Source: a virus (lineage: Duplodnaviria > Caudoviricetes). From it: DNA of 61,874 nucleotides. Positions within the stretch are counted from its first letter, which is position 1, and every line of letters begins with the position of its first letter. Made by a program: the position numbers and the translations under genes. The stretch is taken from positions 1 to 61,874 of the IMG/VR virus record IMGVR_UViG_3300021404_000012; one strand, written 5' to 3'. Shown in pieces: positions 25,598 through 35,620 of the stretch. The notes under the pieces were generated by a model, which did no database searches, was not told the origin of the DNA, and worked only from the letters and a program-made list of their open reading frames with translations.

Positions 25598-27781
25598 TTG
25601 CCGCCGGCGTTGCCCGTAGGGAACCCGCCAACGATCTCGCTGGCACGCGAGAACGGGCCAGGTTTTCTGCGCGTGGTCAGCCCCGCGACGCTGGATCGCC
25701 AGGAACAGGACCGCCTCGCGGTCGCCTCGCAGGCGAACCGCCCGCAGGCGATCGACAACCTGGCGCACTTCATTCGCGGGCGGTGGGACCACATGCGGAA
25801 CCACCGCAATTCCAACCGCAACCCGCTCAACGAGCGCCTCCTGCGCGCGCAGCGCATGTTCGAGGGCCAGTATGACCCGTCGAAGCTGAACGAAATCAGG
25901 AAGTTTGGCGGTTCCGAAGTCTACTCGCGGCTGGTCGCCGTCAAGTGTCGGGGCGCTACAAGCCTGCTCCGCGACGTGTACCTGGGGCCTGAGCGCCCGT
26001 GGTCGATCGACCCCCAGCCCGATCCGCCGGTCCCGGCGGGGGTTATCCGCAACATCACCGAACTCGTCGCCGCCGAGGCCGCGCAGCTCGCCCACGCCAA
26101 TCAGCACTTGGACGACGATGAGGCGCACGGGCGCTACATCGGCCTGATGCGGCAGGCGCAGAACGCGGCGCGGCGCATGGCCGACAGCCAAGCCGAGGCG
26201 GCGTCCAACAAGGTCGATGACATCCTGACCGCCGGCGGGTTCTACGATGCGCTGGCGGAATTTCTGGTCGACGTTGCCCTGTACCCGTTCGCGGTCATCA
26301 AGGGGCCGGTGGTCCGCATGGTGCAGAAGCTGGTGTGGAACGGGCGCCAGCCCAGCGTCAACATCGTGCCGCAACTGTTCTGGGAACGCGTCGATCCCTT
26401 CAACTTCTACTGGGACCCTGGCGCCACGGACATCGAACGCGCCGAGCTGATCGAGCGCAAGCGGTTCAAGCGCAGCGATCTCAACGAGGTGCTTGGTCTA
26501 CCGGGGTATAACGACGCGGCGATCCGGGGGGCTCTGCAGGATTACGCGAATGGCCTGCGCGACTGGATGGACAGCCCCGACACCGAGGCCGCGCTGAATG
26601 TCGGGCGCGAGGCGCCGCAGCAGAACCTCTCGCAGTTTATCGACGGGATCGAGTATCACGGCAGCGTCCAGGGTAAGACCCTGCTCGACGAGGGGATGAA
26701 CCCCGCCCAGATACCCGATCCCGATCGTGATTACCTGGTTCAGTCTTGGGTTGTTGGGCGGTATACTATCAAGACCCAACTAACGCCAAGTCCGCGCCAG
26801 CGGCATCCTTACTACGTTACTAGTTTCGAGAAAGTACCCGGCACTATTGCTGGGCATGGACTGCCGGATATTCTTGAGGATTTGCAGGAAGTCGCCAACG
26901 CCACGCTGCGCGCGCTGGTCAATAACATGAGTATAGCGAGCGGCCCCCAGGTTGTTATCAATACCGAATTACTCGACCCCACCGTTAACGAAGACCAATT
27001 ATATCCTTGGAAACGCTGGAAAGTTAATAGTGATCCGCTGGGCATGACCCGCGAGCCGGTGACCTTCTTCCAGCCGCAGTCGAACGCCCAGGAGTTGATG
27101 ACGATTTATCAGGCCATGTCGAGCCTGGGCGACGACATCTCGGCAATTCCTCGGTACGTCACGGGTGAGAGTTTGTCGGGTGGCGCGGGGCGCACGGCGT
27201 CTGGCCTGTCCATGCTGATGGGCAACGCTCAGAAAGTATTGCAGACAGTAGCGGCAAATATCGACATCGACGTTATGCGGGGGGTTCTTAACTCCCTGTA
27301 CGACATGATCATGCTGACCGATACAACCGGGCTGTTGTCTGGCGACGAACAAATAAAAGTCAACGGCGTTGTGGTCGCGCTGCAAAAAGAGACCGAGCAC
27401 CAGAAGCAGCTACAATTCTTACAAATAACGGGTAATCCCATTGATATGCAAATTGTTGGTTTGACTGGCAGAGCCAGGGTGCTGCGCGCGCTGGCGACCG
27501 GGCTGGGTCTGCCGGACGACATCGTGCCGGACGACGACACGATGCAGCAGAAGGAAAAAGACGCCAAGGACATGCAGACGGCAGCCGCGATGGGCGCGGC
27601 TCAGGGCGCGGTTCAGGGGGGCGGTCCACCCGGCGGTCCTCCTGGGGCGGCTCCTCCCGGCCTGCCAGGGTCTTCCCCTCCCACACAAGGGCAGGCTGGG
27701 CAGGGGTCGCCCGCAATTCCCCCGGCCTCGCTGTCGCAGATGGCGCCGCCGGTCAACACCGTTCAGCCGCGCGCGGCTTGA
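25598..27781 (+). CDS. Portal protein
   Basis: 727 aa, first gene of the structural operon; VDPFNFYWDP, GAGRTASGLSMLM, Gln/Pro/Gly tail. Confidence 0.88.
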   Translation: MPPALPVGNPPTISLARENGPGFLRVVSPATLDRQEQDRLAVASQANRPQAIDNLAHFIRGRWDHMRNHRNSNRNPLNERLLRAQRMFEGQYDPSKLNEIRKFGGSEVYSRLVAVKCRGATSLLRDVYLGPERPWSIDPQPDPPVPAGVIRNITELVAAEAAQLAHANQHLDDDEAHGRYIGLMRQAQNAARRMADSQAEAASNKVDDILTAGGFYDALAEFLVDVALYPFAVIKGPVVRMVQKLVWNGRQPSVNIVPQLFWERVDPFNFYWDPGATDIERAELIERKRFKRSDLNEVLGLPGYNDAAIRGALQDYANGLRDWMDSPDTEAALNVGREAPQQNLSQFIDGIEYHGSVQGKTLLDEGMNPAQIPDPDRDYLVQSWVVGRYTIKTQLTPSPRQRHPYYVTSFEKVPGTIAGHGLPDILEDLQEVANATLRALVNNMSIASGPQVVINTELLDPTVNEDQLYPWKRWKVNSDPLGMTREPVTFFQPQSNAQELMTIYQAMSSLGDDISAIPRYVTGESLSGGAGRTASGLSMLMGNAQKVLQTVAANIDIDVMRGVLNSLYDMIMLTDTTGLLSGDEQIKVNGVVVALQKETEHQKQLQFLQITGNPIDMQIVGLTGRARVLRALATGLGLPDDIVPDDDTMQQKEKDAKDMQTAAAMGAAQGAVQGGGPPGGPPGAAPPGLPGSSPPTQGQAGQGSPAIPPASLSQMAPPVNTVQPRAA

Positions 27782-27799
27782 AAGTAGGAGGTTGGTAAG

Positions 27800-28003
27800 A
27801 TGGTTGCATCGACACTCGGCAGCAGTAAGCAGCTCTCCAGTAAGCCCCTGGACATGCTGAAAGCCGGCGGTTCCAGCAATCTCAGCGGGCCGACGACCAG
27901 CAAGCGCGACTACCCCAAGGGCAACGCGCCCAGCGATACCCGCGCGGCGCCGTTCAACCCGCAAAACGTCGGGACTACAGGCATTTACGTGGAGGGCGTG
28001 TGA
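27800..28003 (+). CDS. Small protein, paralog of the next ORF
   Basis: Shares YPK...APFNPQ.V....IYV.GV with 28000-28194. Confidence 0.65.
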   Translation: MVASTLGSSKQLSSKPLDMLKAGGSSNLSGPTTSKRDYPKGNAPSDTRAAPFNPQNVGTTGIYVEGV

Positions 28004-28194
28004 TGGCTCGCAGCACTTCCGACAGCGGCTACGACAGCGCCGAGGACAGCTCGAACGAGGGCATGGGGCCGACCGGCAGCTCGCGCTCGTATCCCAAGAG
28101 CGGTCCGCACTCTCCGCCGCCGGGGGACAGCCAGGACGCGCCGTTCAACCCGCAGAAAGTAGACGCCACTGATATCTACGTGGGCGGCGTGTGA
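28000..28194 (+). CDS. Small protein, paralog of the previous ORF
   Basis: Shared C-terminal motif. Confidence 0.65.
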   Translation: MMARSTSDSGYDSAEDSSNEGMGPTGSSRSYPKSGPHSPPPGDSQDAPFNPQKVDATDIYVGGV

Positions 28195-28493
28195 TGGCGG
28201 CGACATCATTCGGTGGACCGCCGGCGATGCGCGCGGCGCGTTCGGTGACCCAGACACCGCCGATGGCATCGTCGGCGATGGGCAGCCTCGGCTATCTCGG
28301 CCCCTACGGGCAGATGGATGACCCGGTAAGCAGCGGCCCCGGCAAGTCCATGCAGACGCAGCACATGGGCTCCGTGGTGGGCCGGCGCGGCGCGGGCCGT
28401 TCGCAGATCACCGGCGGCGATCAGGTCGCCCATTCGGTGGGGCACTACGGCAAGAACAACCCGCTTGCCGGCCTGTCGGGGGGTGGCACCTGA
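28191..28493 (+). CDS. Hypothetical protein
   Basis: Coupled ORF in the head operon. Confidence 0.55.
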   Translation: MMAATSFGGPPAMRAARSVTQTPPMASSAMGSLGYLGPYGQMDDPVSSGPGKSMQTQHMGSVVGRRGAGRSQITGGDQVAHSVGHYGKNNPLAGLSGGGT

Positions 28494-28494
28494 C

Positions 28495-28761
28495 ATGTCG
28501 GTCAACCTGGGCTCAGCCGCTTACGAGGCGGTGACAAACCTCAAGAACAGCTCCGACTGGCGGCAGTTCGTCAACGCGCTCGACGAGCAGGTGCAGAATT
28601 TTATGCACAAGGCGCTGGAAGTGCCTGTCTCCGATCGGCCCGACGCGACGGGGTACGCCCGCGCGTTGCGTGACCTGCTCGCGCACATCGCTCAGATCGA
28701 GAGCCCGCTGCCGGGAGGCCGTGTGCCCAGACCACCCGTTAAGACACCGCCGGCGAGGTAA
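28495..28761 (+). CDS. Hypothetical head-region protein
   Basis: Small helical ORF between portal and scaffold. Confidence 0.65.
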   Translation: MSVNLGSAAYEAVTNLKNSSDWRQFVNALDEQVQNFMHKALEVPVSDRPDATGYARALRDLLAHIAQIESPLPGGRVPRPPVKTPPAR

Positions 28762-28765
28762 TACA

Positions 28766-29785
28766 ATGGCCGACGAAGACACCTCTCACCTCCCTGAACA
28801 GGTTCGTCGTCAGATCGAGCGGGCGAACGAACTATCGCGCGAGTTGGCGACGGAGCCCGGTGAGGGTGACCAGCCGACGGCGGAGGCGCTGCTGCAGGAT
28901 GGCACTACGGTAGTGGAGCCGAGGTCTGAGCCTCGCTCGGAGCCACTACCGGTAGTCGACCCCTCGGCGGCGCCTCCTGTCGCCGGAGAATGGGAGCAGC
29001 GTTACCGCACACTTCAGGGCAAGTATGACAGCGAAATACCGCAGCTACGTGCTCAGGTCCAAGGGCTGGAACGCCTTATCGCAACGCTCCAGGCGGCGCC
29101 GTCACCGGCGTCACCGGCGGGGCCGCTGCAGTACGACGAGAGTGACGTTGACGTTTACGGACAGGACTTCCTCGATGCCGCCGCACGCGCGGCTGCCGCA
29201 CGCTACGAGCCGGTGATCGCCGAGTTGCAGGCGAAGCTTAATCGCCTCGAAGGCGGGCAGACAAACCTCAACGCGCAGTCGCTGGAAAACCAGATGTTCG
29301 GGGCGCTGGACAAGGACCCCGAGCTGATCGGCTGGCGCGAACTCAATCAGGACCAGCGGTTCATTCAGTGGCTGCAGGGTCTCGACGAGTACGCTGGCAT
29401 ACCGCGCAACGATATGCTCCAGCACGCCTACCGCAACGGAGACGCCATGCGTGTCGGTAGGTTTTTCAAGCGTTACATGGCGGAGCATACCGTACCACGC
29501 CCTGCTACGACGGCACCCCAGACTGGCTACCCTGCCCGCCCGAACGGAAACGGACAGATGGTTTCAGCGGGTGGCGCACGCCTAGAGGACATGGTGGTTC
29601 CGGGTCGGGCTGCAGGTCCCGGCGGATCAGGAAACGGCGCTCAAAATTCCCGTATCTGGTCACGAGCCGAAATCACACGCTTCTACCGTGATCGCACTGC
29701 TGGGAAGTTTAGGGGCCGTGAGGATGAAGCCACACGCCTTGAAGCCGACCTTTTTGCTGCGGAGCGGGAAGGGCGTATCCACTAG
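28766..29785 (+). CDS. Probable scaffolding protein
   Basis: Precedes the capsid gene; coiled-coil WEQRYRTLQGKYDSE; ends AEREGRIH. Confidence 0.75.
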   Translation: MADEDTSHLPEQVRRQIERANELSRELATEPGEGDQPTAEALLQDGTTVVEPRSEPRSEPLPVVDPSAAPPVAGEWEQRYRTLQGKYDSEIPQLRAQVQGLERLIATLQAAPSPASPAGPLQYDESDVDVYGQDFLDAAARAAAARYEPVIAELQAKLNRLEGGQTNLNAQSLENQMFGALDKDPELIGWRELNQDQRFIQWLQGLDEYAGIPRNDMLQHAYRNGDAMRVGRFFKRYMAEHTVPRPATTAPQTGYPARPNGNGQMVSAGGARLEDMVVPGRAAGPGGSGNGAQNSRIWSRAEITRFYRDRTAGKFRGREDEATRLEADLFAAEREGRIH

Positions 29786-29798
29786 GAGGGTACGTTAA

Positions 29799-30752
29799 AT
29801 GGCTATTTCACAGGGCACCCCGTATGCGGGTTCTGCCGCCAACCCCGCTTATTCGGGGGCGCCGGCAGGTGGTGTGTTCGTTCCTGAAATCTGGAGCGGC
29901 AAACTGATTGAAAAATTCTACGCCGCGACCGTGCTCGCTGCCATCAGCAACACGGATTACGAGGGCGAGATCAAGAACATGGGCGATAAGGTGAAAATCC
30001 GCACCAAGCCCACGATCCAAATCCGTGACTACCAGCTCGATCAGCAGCTCACCGTGGACCGCCCTTCGGGCTCGACGGTGGAACTGACGATCGATTACGC
30101 CAAATACTTCAATCTGGTGCTGGACGACATCATGGAGCGCCAGAGCGACATGAACCTCATGTCGATGTGGGCCGATGATGCCTCGGAGCAGATGAAGATC
30201 GTCATCGACACAGCGGTGCTGGCAGCTATTCCCGCCGGCATCGACGCCAAGAACAAGGGTGCGACGGCGGGGAACAAGTCGGGCAACATCAACCTTGGTG
30301 TCCTCGGTACGCCAGTTATCCCCACCAAGGACAATATCATCGACCACATCGTCGATATGGGTCAGTGCCTTGATGAATATAATATTCCAGAAACGGGGCG
30401 CTGGCTGGTCATTCCGCCGTGGATCGGCTCGATGATCAAGAAGTCGGACCTGCGTGATGCGTCGATTTCCGGCGATGGTGTTTCCCTCGCCAGGAACGGG
30501 CGCCTCGGCATGATCGATAGGTTTACGCTGTATAGCTCGAACCTCCTGTCAACGGTGACCGACGGCACCCACCAGGCGACGAACGTCCTCGCCGGCCACA
30601 ATGCGGGGTTCACCTTCGCCTCGCAGATCAGCCAGATGGAGACGCTGCGGTCGGAGAGCACCTTCGGCACGCTGCTCCGTGGGCTTCAGGTGTACGGTTA
30701 CAAAGTGATCGATGGCACTACGCTGGTCGACCTCTACGTGGCTCCGACGTAA
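29799..30752 (+). CDS. Major capsid protein
   Basis: FVPEIWSGKL, NTDYEGEIKNMGDKVKI, GRLGMIDRFTLYSSN, RGLQVYGYKV; strong RBS. Confidence 0.9.
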   Translation: MAISQGTPYAGSAANPAYSGAPAGGVFVPEIWSGKLIEKFYAATVLAAISNTDYEGEIKNMGDKVKIRTKPTIQIRDYQLDQQLTVDRPSGSTVELTIDYAKYFNLVLDDIMERQSDMNLMSMWADDASEQMKIVIDTAVLAAIPAGIDAKNKGATAGNKSGNINLGVLGTPVIPTKDNIIDHIVDMGQCLDEYNIPETGRWLVIPPWIGSMIKKSDLRDASISGDGVSLARNGRLGMIDRFTLYSSNLLSTVTDGTHQATNVLAGHNAGFTFASQISQMETLRSESTFGTLLRGLQVYGYKVIDGTTLVDLYVAPT

Positions 30753-30824
30753 GTCGAAAGTACGACCCTGGTACTTTTGTCACTACGGTAGTGGAGGGGG
30801 GCGACCCCCTCCCAGGAGGCCGGC

Positions 30825-30983
30825 ATGATCATAGAAATTCTACTGGTCGTAGACCTGTTTCTTTGGTTCCTGAGCCTGTTGCCGGTGCCGCAGGTGACAC
30901 CGTTTGGCTGGGCGAGTAATTGGCTGGCGTGGATCGCAGTCTTGTTACTTGCGTTGTTCTTGTTCCTTCCGGCGCTACGATGA
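30825..30983 (+). CDS. Small two-TM membrane protein (52 aa)
   Basis: MIIEILLVVDLFLWFLSLLP...WLAWIAVLLLALFLFLPALR; GGAGG RBS; ATGA coupling. Confidence 0.55.
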   Translation: MIIEILLVVDLFLWFLSLLPVPQVTPFGWASNWLAWIAVLLLALFLFLPALR

Positions 30984-31345
30984 GCCGCACGGTCGGGGGA
31001 TTGATCGCGGAGGCGCGGCAGCTCCTCAACGATACGGTGCCGATCTCGGGATTGCCGCGCTTTCCCGATGGCGACCTCGTGAACGCGCTCAACGACGCGA
31101 TGGTGCAGACCCGCAGCAAGCGGCCCGACGCGTTCTTGAAGTTCGGTCTACGCCAGCCGGTGCCGGCTTACGTGCTGCCGGATGACAGCAGCACCGAGTT
31201 TCCGTTTGAGGATCAGTTCTACCCGGCGCTTTTGTTTTACATCGTTGGCCGCAGTGAACTCACCGAGGATACGTTCTCCGACGATGGGCGCGCGGTTACG
31301 CTGATGAGCAAGTTTACCAGCCAGTTGTTGAGGGTTGTGTCGTGA
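30980..31345 (+). CDS. Head-tail adaptor-like protein
   Basis: ARQLLND....RFPDGDLVNALNDA....KRPD pattern. Confidence 0.65.
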   Translation: MSRTVGGLIAEARQLLNDTVPISGLPRFPDGDLVNALNDAMVQTRSKRPDAFLKFGLRQPVPAYVLPDDSSTEFPFEDQFYPALLFYIVGRSELTEDTFSDDGRAVTLMSKFTSQLLRVVS

Positions 31346-31980
31346 GCGGCGGTAGCGATCCCTGTGACGCCGGCGGGCTCTTTCAGGGGGGCAGCGGTCT
31401 CGACCGCTTGCTCGACAACGTGGGCGGCGTGGTGCCGGGGCTGACCACCGACGTGCTGACGATGGTGTGCTGGAACACGATCGAGGACTTCTACATGAAG
31501 TCCACCTACCGGCGCGAGCATGTGTACTGGCACCTGCACCCCGGCGAGACGGTGCTGCGCTTCGACCCCTACAATCAGGACTGGCGGGTCTGCCGGTTTA
31601 TGGCGTTCAGCGGGCTTAGCAAGGTAAAGTTCACACCTCCCGGCACGGTCACGGACCTCACCTATCCGACACCGGATAACGATCGCAGTGGCGAGGCGCT
31701 GCTGGCGCTCAGGCCAAAGAACCTGGGTGTGGCGCTGCCCGACGATGTGTGGACGACCTATTTCGATCCGTTGGTGAGCGGTGTTCTGTACCGGCTCTAT
31801 ATCCAGCCGGGGAAGCCGTACAGCGATCTCAACGCGGCGACGGCCTATGGCCGGCTGTACCGCTCGGGCATTGCCAGCGCGCGAGCGGATGCCCAGGCGC
31901 AGCACCTGCGCGAGGGGCAGAGCTGGGCGTTCCCGTACTTCGCGGTCGGGGGACACGCCGATGGCCGACAAGGACTATAA
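31342..31980 (+). CDS. Adaptor/head-completion protein
   Basis: Position in operon; LYRLYIQPGKPYSD motif. Confidence 0.6.
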   Translation: MSGGSDPCDAGGLFQGGSGLDRLLDNVGGVVPGLTTDVLTMVCWNTIEDFYMKSTYRREHVYWHLHPGETVLRFDPYNQDWRVCRFMAFSGLSKVKFTPPGTVTDLTYPTPDNDRSGEALLALRPKNLGVALPDDVWTTYFDPLVSGVLYRLYIQPGKPYSDLNAATAYGRLYRSGIASARADAQAQHLREGQSWAFPYFAVGGHADGRQGL

Positions 31981-32755
31981 TTTCAAGGTCTTCGCCGATA
32001 CCCTCGACCCGCTGGGGCCGGTCGAGAAGGAGAACCTCGACGTTATTCGGCTGATTTACGACTGGTCGTGCTGGTGTGATACTGGCGAGCATCTCGCCCA
32101 GATCGACTTTCCGACGGTCCAGGCGCTGCCTCCCGGCGCGTCGCCAACAAACTGGCGCCAGGACTATCCACCCGACGCCGCGAGCGATACTCCGCCCACC
32201 GACGATTATCCGCTGCGCATTCTCTCCGAGGCGATTACCACTGCGATTACGGGTTCGCCTGCTACGACCGTCGAGATCAAGGTGATTGCCGGGACGCCTG
32301 GTCTCAGCTACGTGGTGAGTTATGTTGTCACTGGCAATACGAGCCGGCGTCGCAAGCAGATCGATACGATCGTCACTATCCAGCAACCGCTCAACACGCT
32401 GATGGTCGGGCCGGGTGACCTCGATCCCGACACTTTACCGCCGATCGTCATTACCGGCGGCGTGGCTCTGCCGATGGGGTTCGACGGTCTGGTGATCCTG
32501 ACCAATAACGCTAATACCACTGACATCGTGATTACGCTGCCGCCCAACCCCGAGATGGGGCAGAAGGTTAAGTTCATCGACGCGCTTGGTACGGACCAGG
32601 CATTTCCGGTGACGTTCCGCGCCGATGGCGACGCGATCATGGACGGCGACGGTTCGACGAGCTTTGTCAGTACGATTAACTACGAGGTGCTTGAATGGAC
32701 GTGGACCGGCTCTAACTGGCACCTCGACGCACAACGTTTCAATTTCCTGGCGTGA
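31961..32755 (+). CDS. Tail-associated structural protein
   Basis: ITLPPNP..GQKVKFID C-terminal fibre-type repeat. Confidence 0.6.
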   Translation: MADKDYNFKVFADTLDPLGPVEKENLDVIRLIYDWSCWCDTGEHLAQIDFPTVQALPPGASPTNWRQDYPPDAASDTPPTDDYPLRILSEAITTAITGSPATTVEIKVIAGTPGLSYVVSYVVTGNTSRRRKQIDTIVTIQQPLNTLMVGPGDLDPDTLPPIVITGGVALPMGFDGLVILTNNANTTDIVITLPPNPEMGQKVKFIDALGTDQAFPVTFRADGDAIMDGDGSTSFVSTINYEVLEWTWTGSNWHLDAQRFNFLA

Positions 32756-32762
32756 GGCAGTA

Positions 32763-34493
32763 ATGGCTATTGTTCTCACCACACTGATCACGCTCGATCC
32801 GAATAATCAGCTTGCGCATATTGCTGATTTTACGGGTCTTATTAACACCACGCAGTACGTTATTAGTGGGACGTACTTGGCGGTTGATACGCGTTTTACG
32901 TTTCATGGTTTTAACGACATCACCCTGACAAAGCCGCCGGTTGGTGTGCCGGCGCCGTCAACTCAAGTTTCCTGCCAGATCAGCACGGTGCCGGTGCCGG
33001 CTCCGCCACCGCCGCCCGCGAAGTACCCCTACGGAACAAAGGACCGGTTGGCCGGGGTCAACCTCAATCTCGACCTGTCGTCGAACCCCGGCACGGCGCC
33101 GCCATCCTCGGCGCATGGCAGGGCAACACAGGGGAAGCTTTGGCTCGATACCAGCGTCACCCCGGCGCAGCTTCGCGTGTGTGCGGTCGCCACGGCTCAG
33201 GCGGGGTATGTGGCAGGAGATTGGTTTACGTTGGCGAACGTTGCTGGCGGTTCTGACCTTGGTGCATTGTATTTACCACTTACCGGAGGTAGTTTAAGCG
33301 GCTCGTTGGCTGTAGCGGGTACGATCAACGGCTATTCGTTAGCCTCGACCGGCATTGTCTACCCGGCCTACGGTCATGCCATCTCTTTTGAGTGGAACGG
33401 TGCCAACCTTGTCGGCCATGTCGATGGCACCGGGGCACCGGGCGCGCTCGCGATCCTTAATCAGCCAGCTATTTTTGCGTCCCTCACTGTTAGCGGCGGG
33501 ATCACTGCCGGCGGTGGGATCAATGCGACTGGCAATATAGTTTCCGGCAATACTGTTCAGGGCGCGAATATAGTCACTGGCGCAAATTTCGCTGGCCCGA
33601 GCGGCTACACCTTTTACGGTCCTGGTTTTGGCGTCGCCAGCACGATCCAGTTCAACGCCTCGACGACGGTGGCGCTGAGCGATTTGCAGGTTAACGGCAC
33701 TGGTCGCTTTCAGCAGTTAATCACCGTTGGGGGTCTGACACTCCAGAACAATTCCGGCTATCTCTACAGCCCCTCCAATATGCGGACGACCGGACTGGTT
33801 GTTGACGGCAGTATTGTTCTTGCTGGCACAATCAATATCAACGGCATCACGATTGGGAACAACGCCGGCTACTTCTACGCTCCGAACATGCGAACGTCTA
33901 GTATGCTCGTTGACGGTGATGCTAACATCAGCGGTGTTCTCAGCGTCGGCGGTAACCTTGGCGTCGGTGGGGCGTATCTCTACCTCCAAAATGCTAACGC
34001 AGGGAACGACATCGCGGCGAATGGCGTGTTTCGCCGGAGCACCGTTGCTTTTGGCGGGCCTAAGGGCGCGCGGATTGAGTGTTGGGGCGGTGACTGGGAC
34101 TATACGGTGTTTGCGATGAGCGGCGGGTCGTTCAACGTCAGCCCCGATAGTGGGGCGAGCGGATTTTACTTCATCCCCTCCGGCGGCTTCTCCGACGCCC
34201 GGTTAAAGGACACCATCCGTGATACCAAGGTCGACGCTTTGGCGTCGATCCTCGCGACCCCGGTGCGAGCCTTCGAGTGGAACGAAGAGGGCAAGAGGCT
34301 CATGCCCCACGCCGCGCCGGAAGTATCTATCGGTCTTGTCGCTCAGGAACTTGAGGAAACGATGCCCGCCGTGGTGGGCGTGAACGAGTTGGCCGATGGC
34401 ATGCGCTACATCAACGATCAGCATCTCACCCCTTACCTTTTCCGCGCGATCCAGCAGCTTGCGGAGCGCGTTGCAACCCTGGAGGCAAAATGA
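32763..34493 (+). CDS. Tail fibre with C-terminal intramolecular chaperone (peptidase S74)
   Basis: YLPLTGGSLSG, Gly-rich beta repeats, SDARLKD...GLVAQE...AIQQL. Confidence 0.85.
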   Translation: MAIVLTTLITLDPNNQLAHIADFTGLINTTQYVISGTYLAVDTRFTFHGFNDITLTKPPVGVPAPSTQVSCQISTVPVPAPPPPPAKYPYGTKDRLAGVNLNLDLSSNPGTAPPSSAHGRATQGKLWLDTSVTPAQLRVCAVATAQAGYVAGDWFTLANVAGGSDLGALYLPLTGGSLSGSLAVAGTINGYSLASTGIVYPAYGHAISFEWNGANLVGHVDGTGAPGALAILNQPAIFASLTVSGGITAGGGINATGNIVSGNTVQGANIVTGANFAGPSGYTFYGPGFGVASTIQFNASTTVALSDLQVNGTGRFQQLITVGGLTLQNNSGYLYSPSNMRTTGLVVDGSIVLAGTININGITIGNNAGYFYAPNMRTSSMLVDGDANISGVLSVGGNLGVGGAYLYLQNANAGNDIAANGVFRRSTVAFGGPKGARIECWGGDWDYTVFAMSGGSFNVSPDSGASGFYFIPSGGFSDARLKDTIRDTKVDALASILATPVRAFEWNEEGKRLMPHAAPEVSIGLVAQELEETMPAVVGVNELADGMRYINDQHLTPYLFRAIQQLAERVATLEAK

Positions 34494-34696
34494 TCGATGT
34501 CAACGCGACGATCCAACTGACCCTCACCGCCGGCCACTGCGCTACGGTTTTGCAGGGCCTCGATGAGCTGCCGCACAAGCTCTCGCGCGCGGTGTTTGAT
34601 GAGGTGCGCCGGCAGATCGCCGAGGCGCACCCGCAGGCTTTTGAACAGCCGCCGGAAAGCCAGCAGCCGCTTGCCAACGGTCATACGACGGCCTGA
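34490..34696 (+). CDS. Small fibre-associated protein
   Basis: Coupled to the fibre gene. Confidence 0.6.
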   Translation: MIDVNATIQLTLTAGHCATVLQGLDELPHKLSRAVFDEVRRQIAEAHPQAFEQPPESQQPLANGHTTA

Positions 34697-34727
34697 AAGT
34701 ATGACACTCGTAAGTTAGGAGGGTGCG

Positions 34728-34964
34728 ATGCACGGGCAGATTGGCGGGCCTTACTACAAGGGCAAAGGCGGTGGCGGCAGCGTCGCCTCGACGCATGACG
34801 GCAACACCTCGAACAACACGGGCGGCACCGGCGGCGAGAGCCTGCCGCAGAAGCCGATCCCCGGAGCCGAGGGCACGTATTCGCAAAAGAAGGGTACGTC
34901 GCCGCAGGGTTCAGGTCCTGGGCTGCCCAACAAGAGCACTAGCTTTGCCGGTTCGGTTCGATAG
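34728..34964 (+). CDS. Gly-rich hypothetical protein
   Basis: AGGAGG RBS. Confidence 0.55.
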   Translation: MHGQIGGPYYKGKGGGGSVASTHDGNTSNNTGGTGGESLPQKPIPGAEGTYSQKKGTSPQGSGPGLPNKSTSFAGSVR

Positions 34965-34973
34965 GAGGTAAGC

Positions 34974-35615
34974 ATGGCAGCACAATATCAGCACGCATCC
35001 GACGCTGTGGGCGGGATGCCGTATTCGGGGGTGATCCGCGCTGACGGTAAGTGGGTTGCGTGCGCATCCGATAGCACGGATTGGACCGACTATCTGACCT
35101 GGGCCGGGACCGAGGGGAATGTCGTTGACCCCTATCTGCACCCGGCGCAGGGCGGGGTGAAGATTGTCCTCGAAGAAGGCCAGGTGCCGGTCGGGGTGAT
35201 GCTCAACTCGTTGCCGCCGGAAGAAGGCGGCAATACTTTGGCGGGGTTGCCGCCAAAGAACGTCGACGTGCCGATGGTCTCGGGCGACGCCGTAGTTGGC
35301 GGGACCCTTACTTGCACAATGGGGAACTGGGAGGGCGAGCCAAAACTCTATTCCAGTGGGTGGGTCAGCGACGGCGGTGACCAAGCGCTGGCGTATGGCA
35401 GCGAGTACGTTGTGCAGGCGAACGACGCCGGCCACTCTATTTCCTGCATCGTCCTGGCGACCAACGACTACGGCTCGACTACTGCACCGCCGTCCAACGC
35501 AGTGGCGATCCCAGCCGCTGGGGGCGTGACACGCTCGACTGAGCGCGCAGTGCCGCCAGTGCCGCCGCGTCAAGCGGAACATGAGGAGCACCGGCATACC
35601 CGCCGCAAGGAGTAG
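34974..35615 (+). CDS. Ig-like domain virion protein
   Basis: P.VSGDAVVGGTLTCTMGNW...YVVQANDAGHSISC.V.ATN..G. Confidence 0.7.
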   Translation: MAAQYQHASDAVGGMPYSGVIRADGKWVACASDSTDWTDYLTWAGTEGNVVDPYLHPAQGGVKIVLEEGQVPVGVMLNSLPPEEGGNTLAGLPPKNVDVPMVSGDAVVGGTLTCTMGNWEGEPKLYSSGWVSDGGDQALAYGSEYVVQANDAGHSISCIVLATNDYGSTTAPPSNAVAIPAAGGVTRSTERAVPPVPPRQAEHEEHRHTRRKE

Positions 35616-35620
35616 TCTGT

